From assembly GCA_965215565.1 (NCBI GenBank), contig CBDCDZ010000004.1:1952001-2016000 (forward strand): a stretch of DNA of 64,000 bases, written 5' to 3'. Within the stretch, counting starts at the first letter, position 1. The number at the start of each line of letters is the position of its first letter. The translations under genes were made by a program, and so were the position numbers. Of this stretch, positions 28,517 to 38,315 are shown in pieces. The notes beneath the pieces were generated by a model. It was not told the DNA's origin. It searched no databases and saw nothing but the letters and a program-made list of their open reading frames with translations. Source of the DNA: Trueperaceae bacterium. GTDB taxonomy: Bacteria; Deinococcota; Deinococci; Deinococcales; Trueperaceae.

Positions 28517-29428
28517 TCACTGCGGTCTTCCGTCCTCTTTGAGCAGTTTGAGGTAGGCGTCCTCTAGGCTGTCCACCTCGCGCCGCGCCTCTAAGACGTC
28601 CACCCCTTCGGCGGCTAGGCGCGAGAGGAGTTTGGGGGCGTCCTCGAGGGGGACGACGGTCTCCAACCTCTCCCCTTCAACGTCCTGCACCGAGTAACCG
28701 AACTTTTGCAAGGCTGACTTCAAGACCTCTTGGTCGGTTGCCTGAAGCTCGTAGCTCGCCTGCGGCTCGTCCAGTCGCTTGGTGAGACGCTGCAAGGGTC
28801 CGTCGAAGAGGAGCTTGCCTCTCTCTACGACTAATACGCGCTCCACTAATTTTTCGATCTCGGCTAAGATGTGGCTCGAGATGAGGATCGTCACCCCCTC
28901 CTGCGCGGTGGCTCTCAAGTTCTCGCGGATTTCCGCAATGCCAACAGGGTCCAAGCCGTTCGTAGGCTCATCCAGGAGCATCACCTTGGGTTTCCACAGG
29001 AGCGCGCGCGCCAAGCCTAAGCGCTGCCGCATCCCCTGGGAGTAGGCGGAGAGCTTTTTGTCGGCGGCGTTCTCCATGCGCACGAACTTCATCACCTCGT
29101 CGATGCGCTTCTCGGGCACGCCGCCGTGCAAGAGCGAGGCGTGCTTGAGGTTCGCCCTGCCGGTCAAGTAGGGGTAAAAGCTCGGCTCCTCGATCATCGT
29201 GCCGACCTCCAAGAGGCTCGGTCCGGGGGCAGGCTGGTCCAGTATCTTCGAGCTGCCGCTCGTCGGGCGGATCAGCCCGGCGAGCATCCGCAGCGTCGTC
29301 GTCTTGCCCGCGCCGTTGGGTCCCAAAAAGCCGACGATCTCCCCCTCATTGATGTCGAAGCTCATGCCCTCCACAGCGGCTTTGCGCCCGTAGCGTTTGG
29401 TCAGATTAGTCGCTGAAATCGCGCTCAT
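28517..29428 (-). CDS. ABC transporter ATP-binding protein
   Basis: GPNGAGKTT, YSQGMRQR, LLDEPTNGLD, SSH. Confidence 0.95.
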   Translation of the reverse strand: MSAISATNLTKRYGRKAAVEGMSFDINEGEIVGFLGPNGAGKTTTLRMLAGLIRPTSGSSKILDQPAPGPSLLEVGTMIEEPSFYPYLTGRANLKHASLLHGGVPEKRIDEVMKFVRMENAADKKLSAYSQGMRQRLGLARALLWKPKVMLLDEPTNGLDPVGIAEIRENLRATAQEGVTILISSHILAEIEKLVERVLVVERGKLLFDGPLQRLTKRLDEPQASYELQATDQEVLKSALQKFGYSVQDVEGERLETVVPLEDAPKLLSRLAAEGVDVLEARREVDSLEDAYLKLLKEDGRPQ

Positions 29429-29441
29429 GCGTCGCTCCTTA

Positions 29442-29565
29442 TAGCAGGTTACTTCGTATAGCTTCGCTCAATCATCTGGTCTGAGATACTGCCACTTTTG
29501 AGAACATCGTTTAGCACACACATTCTGAGATGAAGTCCCGCTATTGCTGCGCAATGAGATTTGCG
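29442..29565 (-). repeat. Dispersed MITE-like repeat, copy 5 (about 21-bp internal insertion)
   Basis: TAGCAGGT...ATCATCTGGTC...GAGATGAAGTCCCGCTA-TTGCTGCGCAATGAGAT; very similar to the copy at 57098. Confidence 0.8.
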
Positions 29566-29795
29566 TTCGTTTATCTCAGTATGTTTTGGAAGTGCTATTA
29601 TATGCGTTTTGCCCCCTCTAAGCTTACACTCTGCTCGTCACCTCTTGTCGAGGCGTGCGTACGGATTCTGGCTGGACGCCTGTCGCAACGCTCGAGCTTT
29701 ACAATCCCTTCACGTCCGCTCGAACTGGACGAAAATGAAGGTTCGTTCGTGACGAACGAGGTATTCCTCACGTTTTTGCGCGTTAGGCTGAGGGT

Positions 29796-30677
29796 ATGCA
29801 ACTACTCGAGTGGCTCGTCATCATTCTCGTTTACTTCGCCGCTTACGGTCTTTGGTCGACGTTTGAGGCGCGCCGCGAACGCGCGCCCTACCGCCCTGAA
29901 AAGGCGCGCTTGCGCCGCCGCGCCGTGAGGCTGAGCGTTCTCACGCTCGGCTTGCTCGGGCTCGGCTTGGCCTACAACAGCCCTACCGTTCAGACATTGT
30001 TCTCCGCTCCACCTCTTACCTACCCTGAAACTGAACCGCAAGACGAAACCCGCCTGCTGCCCCCGCTCACCGAGTACACCCAGGGCGACGCACACCTCGT
30101 CGTTGCGCCGCCCCCGCTACTGGGCGCAACCCGACAAGGTCCTAAGGAAACCGTGACCCGCAAGGTCAGCGTCGCCGCGCTACCCTCACCCGCTAGAGGT
30201 GCCGACTTGGGCGCGGCGGCGAGTGCGTCTCCTGTAGCGACTCCGCCGATAGCCACGCCGCCCGCGAAGAGGTTAGTCGAACGTGCGCCCGCCCAACCCC
30301 CTCAGCGTGCCGAACGCCTAGCGCCGAGTCCTAAGCCGAGCCCCAGACCGGCGCTCATCAGCCCTCACCCAGCTAAGCCCCAAGTCCGCCTCTCGTTCCA
30401 GAGTGACCCTGCGGGCGCGACGCTCTACGTGGACGGCGCGCGCGTCGGCGTGACGCCCACCGAGCTTTCGGTGGAGGCGGGGAAGCGCCTGCACTACACT
30501 CTCCGCGCCGAAAGCAACTTACCGAACCACGAACTTTACTACCCTCACCTGGACATGCTCGAGCCCACCCAAAACGCCTCTTTAAGCGTATGGCTGGAGC
30601 GCCTCAACCACGAAGAGGTGGCGGCTTTGCAAGCAGGCAATACACGTGGTTTGCCAGCGTTCGACTCGTTCGACTAA
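29796..30677 (+). CDS. Membrane protein with Pro-rich linker and PEGA domain
   Basis: Two N-terminal TMs; FQSDPAGATLYVDGARVGVTP. Confidence 0.75.
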   Translation: MQLLEWLVIILVYFAAYGLWSTFEARRERAPYRPEKARLRRRAVRLSVLTLGLLGLGLAYNSPTVQTLFSAPPLTYPETEPQDETRLLPPLTEYTQGDAHLVVAPPPLLGATRQGPKETVTRKVSVAALPSPARGADLGAAASASPVATPPIATPPAKRLVERAPAQPPQRAERLAPSPKPSPRPALISPHPAKPQVRLSFQSDPAGATLYVDGARVGVTPTELSVEAGKRLHYTLRAESNLPNHELYYPHLDMLEPTQNASLSVWLERLNHEEVAALQAGNTRGLPAFDSFD

Positions 30678-30678
30678 C

Positions 30679-33492
30679 CTAGCCCGTGTTGCGCATCCCC
30701 GCCGAGACTCCTAAGAGGCTCACGCGCACGGAGTAGTCGAGCGGGTCTCTTTCGGGGGCGTCCTCAGGCGAGCCGCGCAGCCGCTTTAAGAGTTCGACTT
30801 GCAGGTAGGAGATGGGATCGACGTAGGGGTTGCGCAGTTCGATGCCGCGCCGCAGGGTTGGATCGTGATCCAGTAGGGACGCGCCCGTCGCGCGGCTCAC
30901 AGCGTCTACGGAGCGCGCGTACTCCTCTTTGATCTTGGACCAGAAGCGTTCTCTCAGTTCATCCGGGATGAGCACCAAGTACGACTCGAAAATGCCCATG
31001 TCCGCTTTCGCGAGGCTCATCTGCGCGAAGTCGATGACGGTCCTGAAGAAGGGCCACGACTCATACATCTCTTTAAGGAGCGCGTCGTCTAGCTCAGCTA
31101 AGCCCGTCCCTAAGCCGTACCAGCCCGGCAAGTTGGCGCGGCACTGCGTCCAGGAAAAAACCCAGGGGATGGCGCGGAGGCTCTCTAAAGAACGTTCGCC
31201 CTTGCGCCGGGCGGGACGAGAGCCCACCTCCAAACGGCTGATCTCCTCGATGGGCGTCACTTGATGGTAGAAGTCCAAAAAGCCCGGCGCTTCTAAAAAG
31301 GCGCGGTAGTGCGCTTTGGCGGCTCCGGCGGCGCGGCTGAGCGCCTCCCTGTGGCGAGAACTGACCTCGGGCAGGGTCTCGGGGCGAGCGTCGCGCGCCG
31401 ACGAGAGGATAAAGGCGTGCGTGACTTGCTCTAGGTGGCGGTGCGCTAAGTCGGGGTTGGCGTAGCGGTCAGAGAGCGCCTCGCCCTGCTCGGTCATGCG
31501 CATCCGCCCACCCAGCGAGCCCGGTGGCTGCGCTAGGATGGCGCGCCCCGCCGGACCGCCGCCGCGCCCGATCGAGGTGCCGCGCCCGTGGAAGAGGCGC
31601 AGCGGCACGTTCGCGCTTCGGCACACCTCGGCGACGCGCTCTTGCGCCTCGTAGAGCGCCCAGTTCGCCGCCAGAAAGCCCGCGTCCTTGTTCGAGTCGG
31701 AGTAACCGATCATCACCTCTTGCACGCCTCGGCGCTCGAGGTGCTCCCTATAGACGTCCAAGCTGAAAAGCCGGGTCAAGATGTCCGGCGCGTTCTCCAA
31801 ATCGGTTACGGTTTCGAAGAGCGGCGTGATGTCGAGGTGCGTCACGCCCGCCTGCTTCGCTAAGATGAGCGGCTCTAAGATATCGGAGACGCCCGCCGTC
31901 ATCGAGATGATGTAGCTGCTGGTCACGTCGTCTCCGTAGCGCCGCCCCATCTTTTTGTACGTCTCCAAAAAGGTCAGCGCGCGCACGGTCTCGTCCTCTA
32001 AATCGCTGCCGGGCGCGGCGAAAGGGCGCGGCGACGCGAGTTCGCGCGCCAAGAGCGCCACCTTCTCCTCTTCGTCCAGCGCGGCGTAGTCGCTGCACGC
32101 GCCTGCGTGACGCAAGAGGTCCGCCACCGCCGCTTCGTGCATCCCCGAGTGCTCGCGCAGGTCCAGCGTCGCTAGGTGAGCGCCGAACACGCTCGCGCGG
32201 TAACGCGCTGGGCGCACGAACGCCTCCGCCGCGCGTTCACCCCTACCCGCTCGGAGCGTGCGCTCGACGAGCGCCAAATCCTCCAGGTAGTCTCGCCCCG
32301 CTTCCGACTGCGCCTCCGACGTTTTCGCGCCCTCCAAAGCGGCTTGAAGTTTGCGGTGCGTCTCGGAGAGCTTGAGGCGGTAGGGCTCACCCCCGAAACG
32401 GGTGAGCTTAGGGCGGACCTGCTCTAACCTCTTTTGCTCCTCCTCGAAGTCGTCCGTAAGCGGGACCCTGTCGCCCCACTGCGAGAGCCGCTGGATAAGC
32501 CCGTCTACGTCGTCTAGGTAGCGCGTCAGCGCGACGCTAGACTGGAGACCATACGCCTCCTCCATCACCTCGGGCGTGACGAACGGGTTGCCGTCGCGGT
32601 CACCGCCTATCCAGGAGCGGAACTTGATGACGGGCGGCAGGGGCGTCGCTTGCTCTGCGCCGCCATTGCCCTCTGAGCCGTAGTAGCGCGTTAAAGCGCC
32701 CTCCAGCTCGAGCAGGAGCCTCGGCACGCTCTCTAAAAGCGAGCGCCGAAAGTAGTAGAGCGCCGACTTGACCTCATCTAATACGCTCGGCTTCTGGGTG
32801 ACGAGTTCGCGCGTTTGCCACAAGGTGGCGATCTCGGCAACGATCTCCCTCTCGCGGATGGCGCGCGCCTGCGGCGAGAGGTCGCGCTCGCTGAGTTGAC
32901 GCAGCGCCGAGGCGACGCGCTCCAACTTGAGCCGCACGGTGTAGCGCTTGACCTCGGTGGGATGCGCCGTGATGGTGGGCTGGATGTCGAGCGCCTCGAT
33001 GAAGCGCCGCGCCTCGCGCTGCGTCCAGCCCTGGTCCTTGAGCGATTTGACCGCCGCCGCCACCGACTCCTTGCGGGGCGCGTCGATCGTCGCTTCGCCC
33101 TCACGCAGGCGGTTGACGCGGACGCGGTGAATCTCCTCGGCTAAGTTAATGAGTTGGAAGTAACTGGTAAAGGCCCGTAGGAGCTTCTCCGCCTCGTCTA
33201 AGCTAAGCTCCGAAAGCCGCGCCTTGAGCGTTTCACGCAACTCTTCAGCGTCAGGGTCCGCGCGCAACTCCTTGGTGAGCGTGCGCACCTCTTCGACCAA
33301 GGCGTAGAGGGGCTCGCCCTCTTGCTCTTTCAAGACTTCGCCCAAGGAGCGCCCCAAAAAGTCTACGTCCGCCCTGAGTTGCGCAAAGGCGCGTTCGTAG
33401 ACGTCAGCGCGCTCGCCCGTCCCCTCGTCTTGAACGAACCGATCATCCATCCCGTCTTGAACCGCTCTATCTTCGACCGCAGGGTCACGCAT
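30679..33492 (-). CDS. ppc: Phosphoenolpyruvate carboxylase
   Basis: TAHPTE, WIGGDRDGNP, QEVMIGYSDSNKDAG, FHGRG..GRGG, LRAIPWVFSW, GMRNTG. Confidence 0.97.
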   Translation of the reverse strand: MRDPAVEDRAVQDGMDDRFVQDEGTGERADVYERAFAQLRADVDFLGRSLGEVLKEQEGEPLYALVEEVRTLTKELRADPDAEELRETLKARLSELSLDEAEKLLRAFTSYFQLINLAEEIHRVRVNRLREGEATIDAPRKESVAAAVKSLKDQGWTQREARRFIEALDIQPTITAHPTEVKRYTVRLKLERVASALRQLSERDLSPQARAIREREIVAEIATLWQTRELVTQKPSVLDEVKSALYYFRRSLLESVPRLLLELEGALTRYYGSEGNGGAEQATPLPPVIKFRSWIGGDRDGNPFVTPEVMEEAYGLQSSVALTRYLDDVDGLIQRLSQWGDRVPLTDDFEEEQKRLEQVRPKLTRFGGEPYRLKLSETHRKLQAALEGAKTSEAQSEAGRDYLEDLALVERTLRAGRGERAAEAFVRPARYRASVFGAHLATLDLREHSGMHEAAVADLLRHAGACSDYAALDEEEKVALLARELASPRPFAAPGSDLEDETVRALTFLETYKKMGRRYGDDVTSSYIISMTAGVSDILEPLILAKQAGVTHLDITPLFETVTDLENAPDILTRLFSLDVYREHLERRGVQEVMIGYSDSNKDAGFLAANWALYEAQERVAEVCRSANVPLRLFHGRGTSIGRGGGPAGRAILAQPPGSLGGRMRMTEQGEALSDRYANPDLAHRHLEQVTHAFILSSARDARPETLPEVSSRHREALSRAAGAAKAHYRAFLEAPGFLDFYHQVTPIEEISRLEVGSRPARRKGERSLESLRAIPWVFSWTQCRANLPGWYGLGTGLAELDDALLKEMYESWPFFRTVIDFAQMSLAKADMGIFESYLVLIPDELRERFWSKIKEEYARSVDAVSRATGASLLDHDPTLRRGIELRNPYVDPISYLQVELLKRLRGSPEDAPERDPLDYSVRVSLLGVSAGMRNTG

Positions 33493-33683
33493 ACGCCATC
33501 CTCTCTCAGCAAAAACAGTTTTAGGAAAACATTGGTCGTCAAACAAACTGACAGATGTAATGCTAGGGTGTATAGATATGCAAAACGTCGCCCTCTAAGC
33601 GTTACTTTGTTAACTATGACACGAACAGTACGTGAAAACAAATCTTTAGCGGAAAGAGCGTCTACCTTCTTACTTCTGCCCCC

Positions 33684-34445
33684 TCACACCTCTTGCGTCC
33701 ACTGGATACGTTCAATCCCTACCGCTTTGCCCGCCTCGAGTTCCAGCGCTACCGCGCAGAGCGTCCCCGGCTTGTCCGCAGGTTTGTAGCGCTTGGGCAA
33801 GCCCGTGCGGAAGCGGTAGACCACCTCATCGAAGCGCAACCCTATAGCGGAGTCGAACACGCCCGTCATGCCCACGTCGGTGATGTACGCCGTCCCCTTC
33901 TTGATCATCTCGTCGGCGGTCTGCACGTGCGTATGCGTGCCTAAAACCGCCGCCGCGCGTCCCGCCAAAAGGTGCCCTAGCGCCCGCTTCTCAGAGGTCG
34001 CTTCGGCGTGAACGTCTACGATGAGCGTCCCCTCCACCTCATCGGCGAGGGCGTCCAGCGCGGCGAAAGGGTTGTCCGTGGGTGGCATAAAAATGCGCCC
34101 CATCGCCTGCGCCACCGTGACGCGCTCGCCCGTTCTCGCCGCCACGCTCGTATAGCCCAAGCCGGGCGCACCAGAGGTGTAGTTCATTGGGCGAATGAGG
34201 CGCGGCGTCTCCTCCAAGAGCGCCATGACCTCTTCCTTGTCCCAGGTGTGGTTGCCGAGCGTCACCACGTCCACGCCCGCGCCCGTGATGCGCTCAAAGG
34301 TTTTGCGCGTGAGACCGAAGCCGCCCGCCGCGTTTTCCCCGTTCGCGATGATGAGGTCGTACTCGTCTTTGAAGCGCTCTAAATACGCCTCTAAGACCTC
34401 TAAGCCAGGGTTTCCAAAAATATCGCCGATGAAAAGAACCCGCAC
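33684..34445 (-). CDS. ymdB: YmdB/TIGR00282 family metallophosphoesterase
   Basis: GDIFG, NGEN, TLGNH, DVHAEATSEK, GTHTHV, TDVGMTG. Confidence 0.93.
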   Translation of the reverse strand: MRVLFIGDIFGNPGLEVLEAYLERFKDEYDLIIANGENAAGGFGLTRKTFERITGAGVDVVTLGNHTWDKEEVMALLEETPRLIRPMNYTSGAPGLGYTSVAARTGERVTVAQAMGRIFMPPTDNPFAALDALADEVEGTLIVDVHAEATSEKRALGHLLAGRAAAVLGTHTHVQTADEMIKKGTAYITDVGMTGVFDSAIGLRFDEVVYRFRTGLPKRYKPADKPGTLCAVALELEAGKAVGIERIQWTQEV

Positions 34446-34801
34446 TAGTGCTTCTGCGCCTCGTACGCTTCGCGCCACGCGGCTTCGTCCCAGCCCACCG
34501 TGAGCGTATCGCCACTTCTCACGAGCGGCTGCACCATCAGCGCGGGGTCTTGGATAAGCTTGTCCATCATCGCCTCGTCGCCCATACGCATGTACGCTAA
34601 ACCCGCCTTCTCGTACGCTTTGCTCTTTGTATCTATGAGCGCGCCTAGCCCCGCCTTCTGCACAAACCGCTTCAACTCGCCCAGCGCAATCTCGCGCTCT
34701 TTGAGGTCTACAAACTGCGGCTTGACGCCCCGCTCTTTGAAGAAACGGAGGGCTTTTTTGGTGTCTTGCGACTTTTTAGTGCCGAATATTTGAACGTTCA
34801 C
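34445..34801 (-). CDS. ArsC/Spx/MgsR family protein
   Basis: QIFGTKKSQDTKKALRFFKER...PLVR..VGW; lacks CxxC. Confidence 0.85.
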   Translation of the reverse strand: MNVQIFGTKKSQDTKKALRFFKERGVKPQFVDLKEREIALGELKRFVQKAGLGALIDTKSKAYEKAGLAYMRMGDEAMMDKLIQDPALMVQPLVRSGDTLTVGWDEAAWREAYEAQKH

Positions 34802-34870
34802 GAATGTAGTGTAGTCGAATTACTCTGAGAAGATGGTTCTGTATATCGCAGCAATCTCAGCAAAGACTCA

Positions 34871-34984
34871 TCACAAGAGGTGTTTTTGAATCTCGAGCGT
34901 GACTTCACCGTCAGGTTCTACCTTCTCGTTCACCTTTTCGTAACCGAGGTGGGCGTAGAAGCCTAAGGCGGTAAGGCTCGAGGA
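34871..34984 (-). pseudogene. GNAT acetyltransferase C-terminal remnant
   Basis: Manual translation SSSLTALGFYAHLGYEKV...KHLL*; no start codon, begins right after the upstream stop. Confidence 0.6.
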
Positions 34985-34985
34985 T

Positions 34986-37205
34986 TTAAGACGGCGTCAA
35001 AATCTCCTCGAACTCCAAGTTCTCCGCTGCCAAGACGAACACGGTGGTGGGCAGCTTCTCCGCGCGCTCTTGCAGCGTTTCGTAGTACGAGGTGTAGTCG
35101 TCCCCTTCGGGCGGCTTCATCCCTAAAAAGATGAGGTCCGCGTTGCTCGACGACTCGCGCAAGATGTTGTTAAAGGTGCGCCCGCTCGAGAGGATGACGT
35201 CCGTCTGCGCGCCCGTCCTGACGCTCTCCACCACCGAGTCGAGGTTGCGCTTCGCGCCCTCGACGCCCTTTTCGGAATTTACCACCATCTTGACGCGGAT
35301 TTCCGCGCCGCGCCAGCTCGGGCTAGTGGACAAGAGGTAGGCGAGCGTCATCATCAAGCCGCCGTTCCCTTTGAGCCCGCCCCACCAGACGTCGATGCGC
35401 TTGCGGTGCCCGTAACCCTTAGTCGGGTTGTCGTGAACGATGACGATGTTGCGCTCGGCTTGGTGAAAGGTCGCGAGCATCTGGCAGTAGCGCTCGCGCC
35501 GCTCGGGGTCTTCGCTGTCGCCCATGAGCACCGTGTTGGGGACGAGCGCCCCTAAACCATAGGATTCGACGAGCCGCTCCGCGCCTGCAAAGGGATCGGG
35601 CGCACGCACCACGCGCAAGAGCGACTGCACGCCGCGCTCCTCTAAGTAGTCTTGGATGGTCTTTTCAAGCGAGTCCTCGCGTTGCGGCGAGACCGAGCGG
35701 TCGGTCAGCACGCTCGCGATGGTGACGAGCGCGCGGTTGTGCGAGAGCGCCATCGCCAGGTCAACTAAGTGCCAGCGCTTCGTCGGCGCGCCGGAGAGCA
35801 CCAAGAGGTGCGGACGCCAGTTTTTAGGATCGGGTGTGTTGCGCAGCCTCAGGAGCCCCGCTCTCGTCACCTCCATCCAGAGCCCTTGGCGCACGTCGCC
35901 CCAAGCGGTGCGGAGTTGGCGGCGCTCGAGCCACACGAAAATCGCCACGATGATGACCGCAGCGATCACCGTCGCGAGCGCGTTGATGAGGAGCATGACC
36001 GCGATACAGCCCACCGCGCCCAAGAGCGACCAGCCCCAATGCACCCGGAACTTGGGGCGGTACGAGGGGCTCGAGAGAAGCTGCTCCAGCGTCGCCGAAA
36101 CGTTGAGCACCGCGTACGTCGTCAGGAAGAACATGGACAAAATCGGCGCGATCAGGTTGAGGTTGCCGAAGTAGACCGCCGCCAGCGCTACCCCTAGCGT
36201 GACGAACGTCCCTACCCTGGGCTGGTCCGACTCGCCGCTGCCGCGCCCGAGCCAGCGCAGGATAGGCGGCAGTACGCCGTCACGCGCTAGGGCTTGCAGC
36301 ACACGCGGCGCACCTAAGATGCTGCCCAGGGCGCTCGAGAGCGTCGCCCCCCATACCCCTAAAAGGATGGCGTCGCCCCAAAAGGCCATCTTGCGCATGA
36401 TGAGGGGGTCCTCGATGAGCGTCACCGCGTCCGCGCGCGTCGCCAGCAAGATGGGCAGCAGCATGTAGATGACGTAACCCACCCCCACCGCCGCAAAGGT
36501 GCCCAAGGGAATCGACTTCGACGGATTGCGCAGATCGCCCGAGAGGTTCACGCCCGCCATGATGCCCGTGACCGCCGGAAAGAACACCGCGAAAACCACC
36601 CAAAAAGGCTCTGAAACGCGGTCCGACGCGCCGAACATCTCGATGTTGGACTGCTCGACGGGTCCACCGAAAATCAGCGACAGCAAGGACACCGCGATCG
36701 CCGTCATGATGATGTACTGCGAGCGAATCACAATCTGCGCCGAGATGAGCGCCAACGCCGCCACACCGAGCGTGGTGATGAGCCCCACCATGCGCTGATC
36801 CAGAACGGGAAACACGCCCGCTAAACTCTCCGCGAAGCCGATCGTATAGAGCGCAACCGACAGCGCCTGCGCGAAGTAGAGCGGGATGCCCACCGCGCCG
36901 CCCGTCTCGATGCCTAACGAGCGGCTGATCATATAGTACGCGCCGCCGATGCGCACGCGCTGGTCCGTGGCAATCGCCGAGATGGAAAGTGTCGTTAAAA
37001 AGGTGATGGACGTCGCGAGCGTCACAATGGCGAGCGTGCCGATGAGCCCGGCGTTGCCGACTACCCAGCCGAAGCGCAGGTACATGATGACGCCCAGAAT
37101 CGTCAGGATGGAGGGGGTGAAGACGCCGCCGAAAGTGCCGAGCTTGCCGTCTTGTGGCGCAGGCTCAGACGAGCCAGATGAGAAAAGGGAGAGAGGGTTT
37201 TTCAT
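34986..37205 (-). CDS. Cation-chloride cotransporter (SLC12/APC)-like permease with C-terminal soluble domain
   Basis: LGTFGGVF..ILGVIMYLR, GGAYYMISRSLG, FFPAVTGIMAG, KNWRPH, IDVWW. Confidence 0.88.
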   Translation of the reverse strand: MKNPLSLFSSGSSEPAPQDGKLGTFGGVFTPSILTILGVIMYLRFGWVVGNAGLIGTLAIVTLATSITFLTTLSISAIATDQRVRIGGAYYMISRSLGIETGGAVGIPLYFAQALSVALYTIGFAESLAGVFPVLDQRMVGLITTLGVAALALISAQIVIRSQYIIMTAIAVSLLSLIFGGPVEQSNIEMFGASDRVSEPFWVVFAVFFPAVTGIMAGVNLSGDLRNPSKSIPLGTFAAVGVGYVIYMLLPILLATRADAVTLIEDPLIMRKMAFWGDAILLGVWGATLSSALGSILGAPRVLQALARDGVLPPILRWLGRGSGESDQPRVGTFVTLGVALAAVYFGNLNLIAPILSMFFLTTYAVLNVSATLEQLLSSPSYRPKFRVHWGWSLLGAVGCIAVMLLINALATVIAAVIIVAIFVWLERRQLRTAWGDVRQGLWMEVTRAGLLRLRNTPDPKNWRPHLLVLSGAPTKRWHLVDLAMALSHNRALVTIASVLTDRSVSPQREDSLEKTIQDYLEERGVQSLLRVVRAPDPFAGAERLVESYGLGALVPNTVLMGDSEDPERRERYCQMLATFHQAERNIVIVHDNPTKGYGHRKRIDVWWGGLKGNGGLMMTLAYLLSTSPSWRGAEIRVKMVVNSEKGVEGAKRNLDSVVESVRTGAQTDVILSSGRTFNNILRESSSNADLIFLGMKPPEGDDYTSYYETLQERAEKLPTTVFVLAAENLEFEEILTPS

Positions 37206-37352
37206 AGGAATGAGGGCATGGTAACAAGTTTGGAGACTCGAGTGCGCGCACAACCTTACGCGAGCACGAGAGGTTTCATTAAGCTAGGACTTCACATATG
37301 AAAAATGTCACATTCATGACGTTTTTTTGTTACACTCATCTAGGAGGCACGT

Positions 37353-38243
37353 ATGAAATCAAACCGTCATCTTGTGAAGTTTTCATCTCTTCTTGTTCTT
37401 CTTTTGCTGTTAGCGGCTTGCGGCTCGAGTGAGCCGACGCCAGCGCCTATCGGTCAGACGCCTATCGACCAGCCAGGTGGCAACACCATTTCAGGAACAG
37501 TCACTGCGCCAACTGGGGGCGATATTGGTGGTACCGAAATAGGTGCTTGTCCCGTTGTAAACAACGCCCCCGACTGCACGAATGTCGTAAGTTTAGTTGT
37601 TACTCAGTCAGGTTCCAGCGCCGCGTATAGTCTCGACGCGCAAGCAGGACAGTCATACGTAGTTTTTGCTTACAAGGATACAAATAACTCTGGTGGAGAC
37701 GCCGATAATGGTGACTACCTTGGCGGCTATCCTACCGTTGAATCTCCAACTGCCGTCACCGCGCCAGCAACCAATATTGATTTCGCGCTGGCAGTCGTGG
37801 GTGGGAGTACGCCCTCACCGAGCCCTACACCATCCCCGGTTCCTAACCCTCCCAGTGGCGGCAATAGCATCAGTGGAACCGTCTTCGCAATCGATCAGGC
37901 AACCCCCGTCTTTGGAACAGTTGTAGCTGCGTGTCCCTACGTTGGCAGCAGCCCAGATTGTGAAAATCTTGTATTTGTAGAACTCAATGCGTCAGCACCG
38001 AGCGCAGCCTATAGCCTCGACAACCTAAACGCAGGACAGTATGCAGTCGTCGCCATTCAAGATTATGATGGCGATGGGACATACGAATCTGAAGGCGCTT
38101 ACGCTCAACCCGTCACGCCTCCCGCAACTGGTATTGATATTCAACTTGCGCCTGCGGGTACAGCCAATTTTGGCGTTCTAAATGTGGATGAGTTGGTCTT
38201 AGAGAAATTCAACTCTAACAAGCTTCAGAAGCTGCTCGAGTAA
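37353..38243 (+). CDS. Lipoprotein with two repeated beta-sandwich domains
   Basis: Lipobox LAAC; two copies of GGN(T/S)ISGTV...ACP...PDC...SAAYSLD...Y.V.A..D...VT.PAT.ID joined by a PSPT linker. Confidence 0.8.
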   Translation: MKSNRHLVKFSSLLVLLLLLAACGSSEPTPAPIGQTPIDQPGGNTISGTVTAPTGGDIGGTEIGACPVVNNAPDCTNVVSLVVTQSGSSAAYSLDAQAGQSYVVFAYKDTNNSGGDADNGDYLGGYPTVESPTAVTAPATNIDFALAVVGGSTPSPSPTPSPVPNPPSGGNSISGTVFAIDQATPVFGTVVAACPYVGSSPDCENLVFVELNASAPSAAYSLDNLNAGQYAVVAIQDYDGDGTYESEGAYAQPVTPPATGIDIQLAPAGTANFGVLNVDELVLEKFNSNKLQKLLE

Positions 38244-38261
38244 CCCCACCTTCCAGAGATT

Positions 38262-38290
38262 GAGGAGAAGAGGTCTGACCTCTTCTCCTC
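38262..38290. terminator. Bidirectional terminator between convergent genes
   Basis: Perfect hairpin GAGGAGAAGAGGTC-t-GACCTCTTCTCCTC. Confidence 0.75.
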
Positions 38291-38315
38291 TTTGCTTGCT
38301 CTTTTTGCGAAACCT

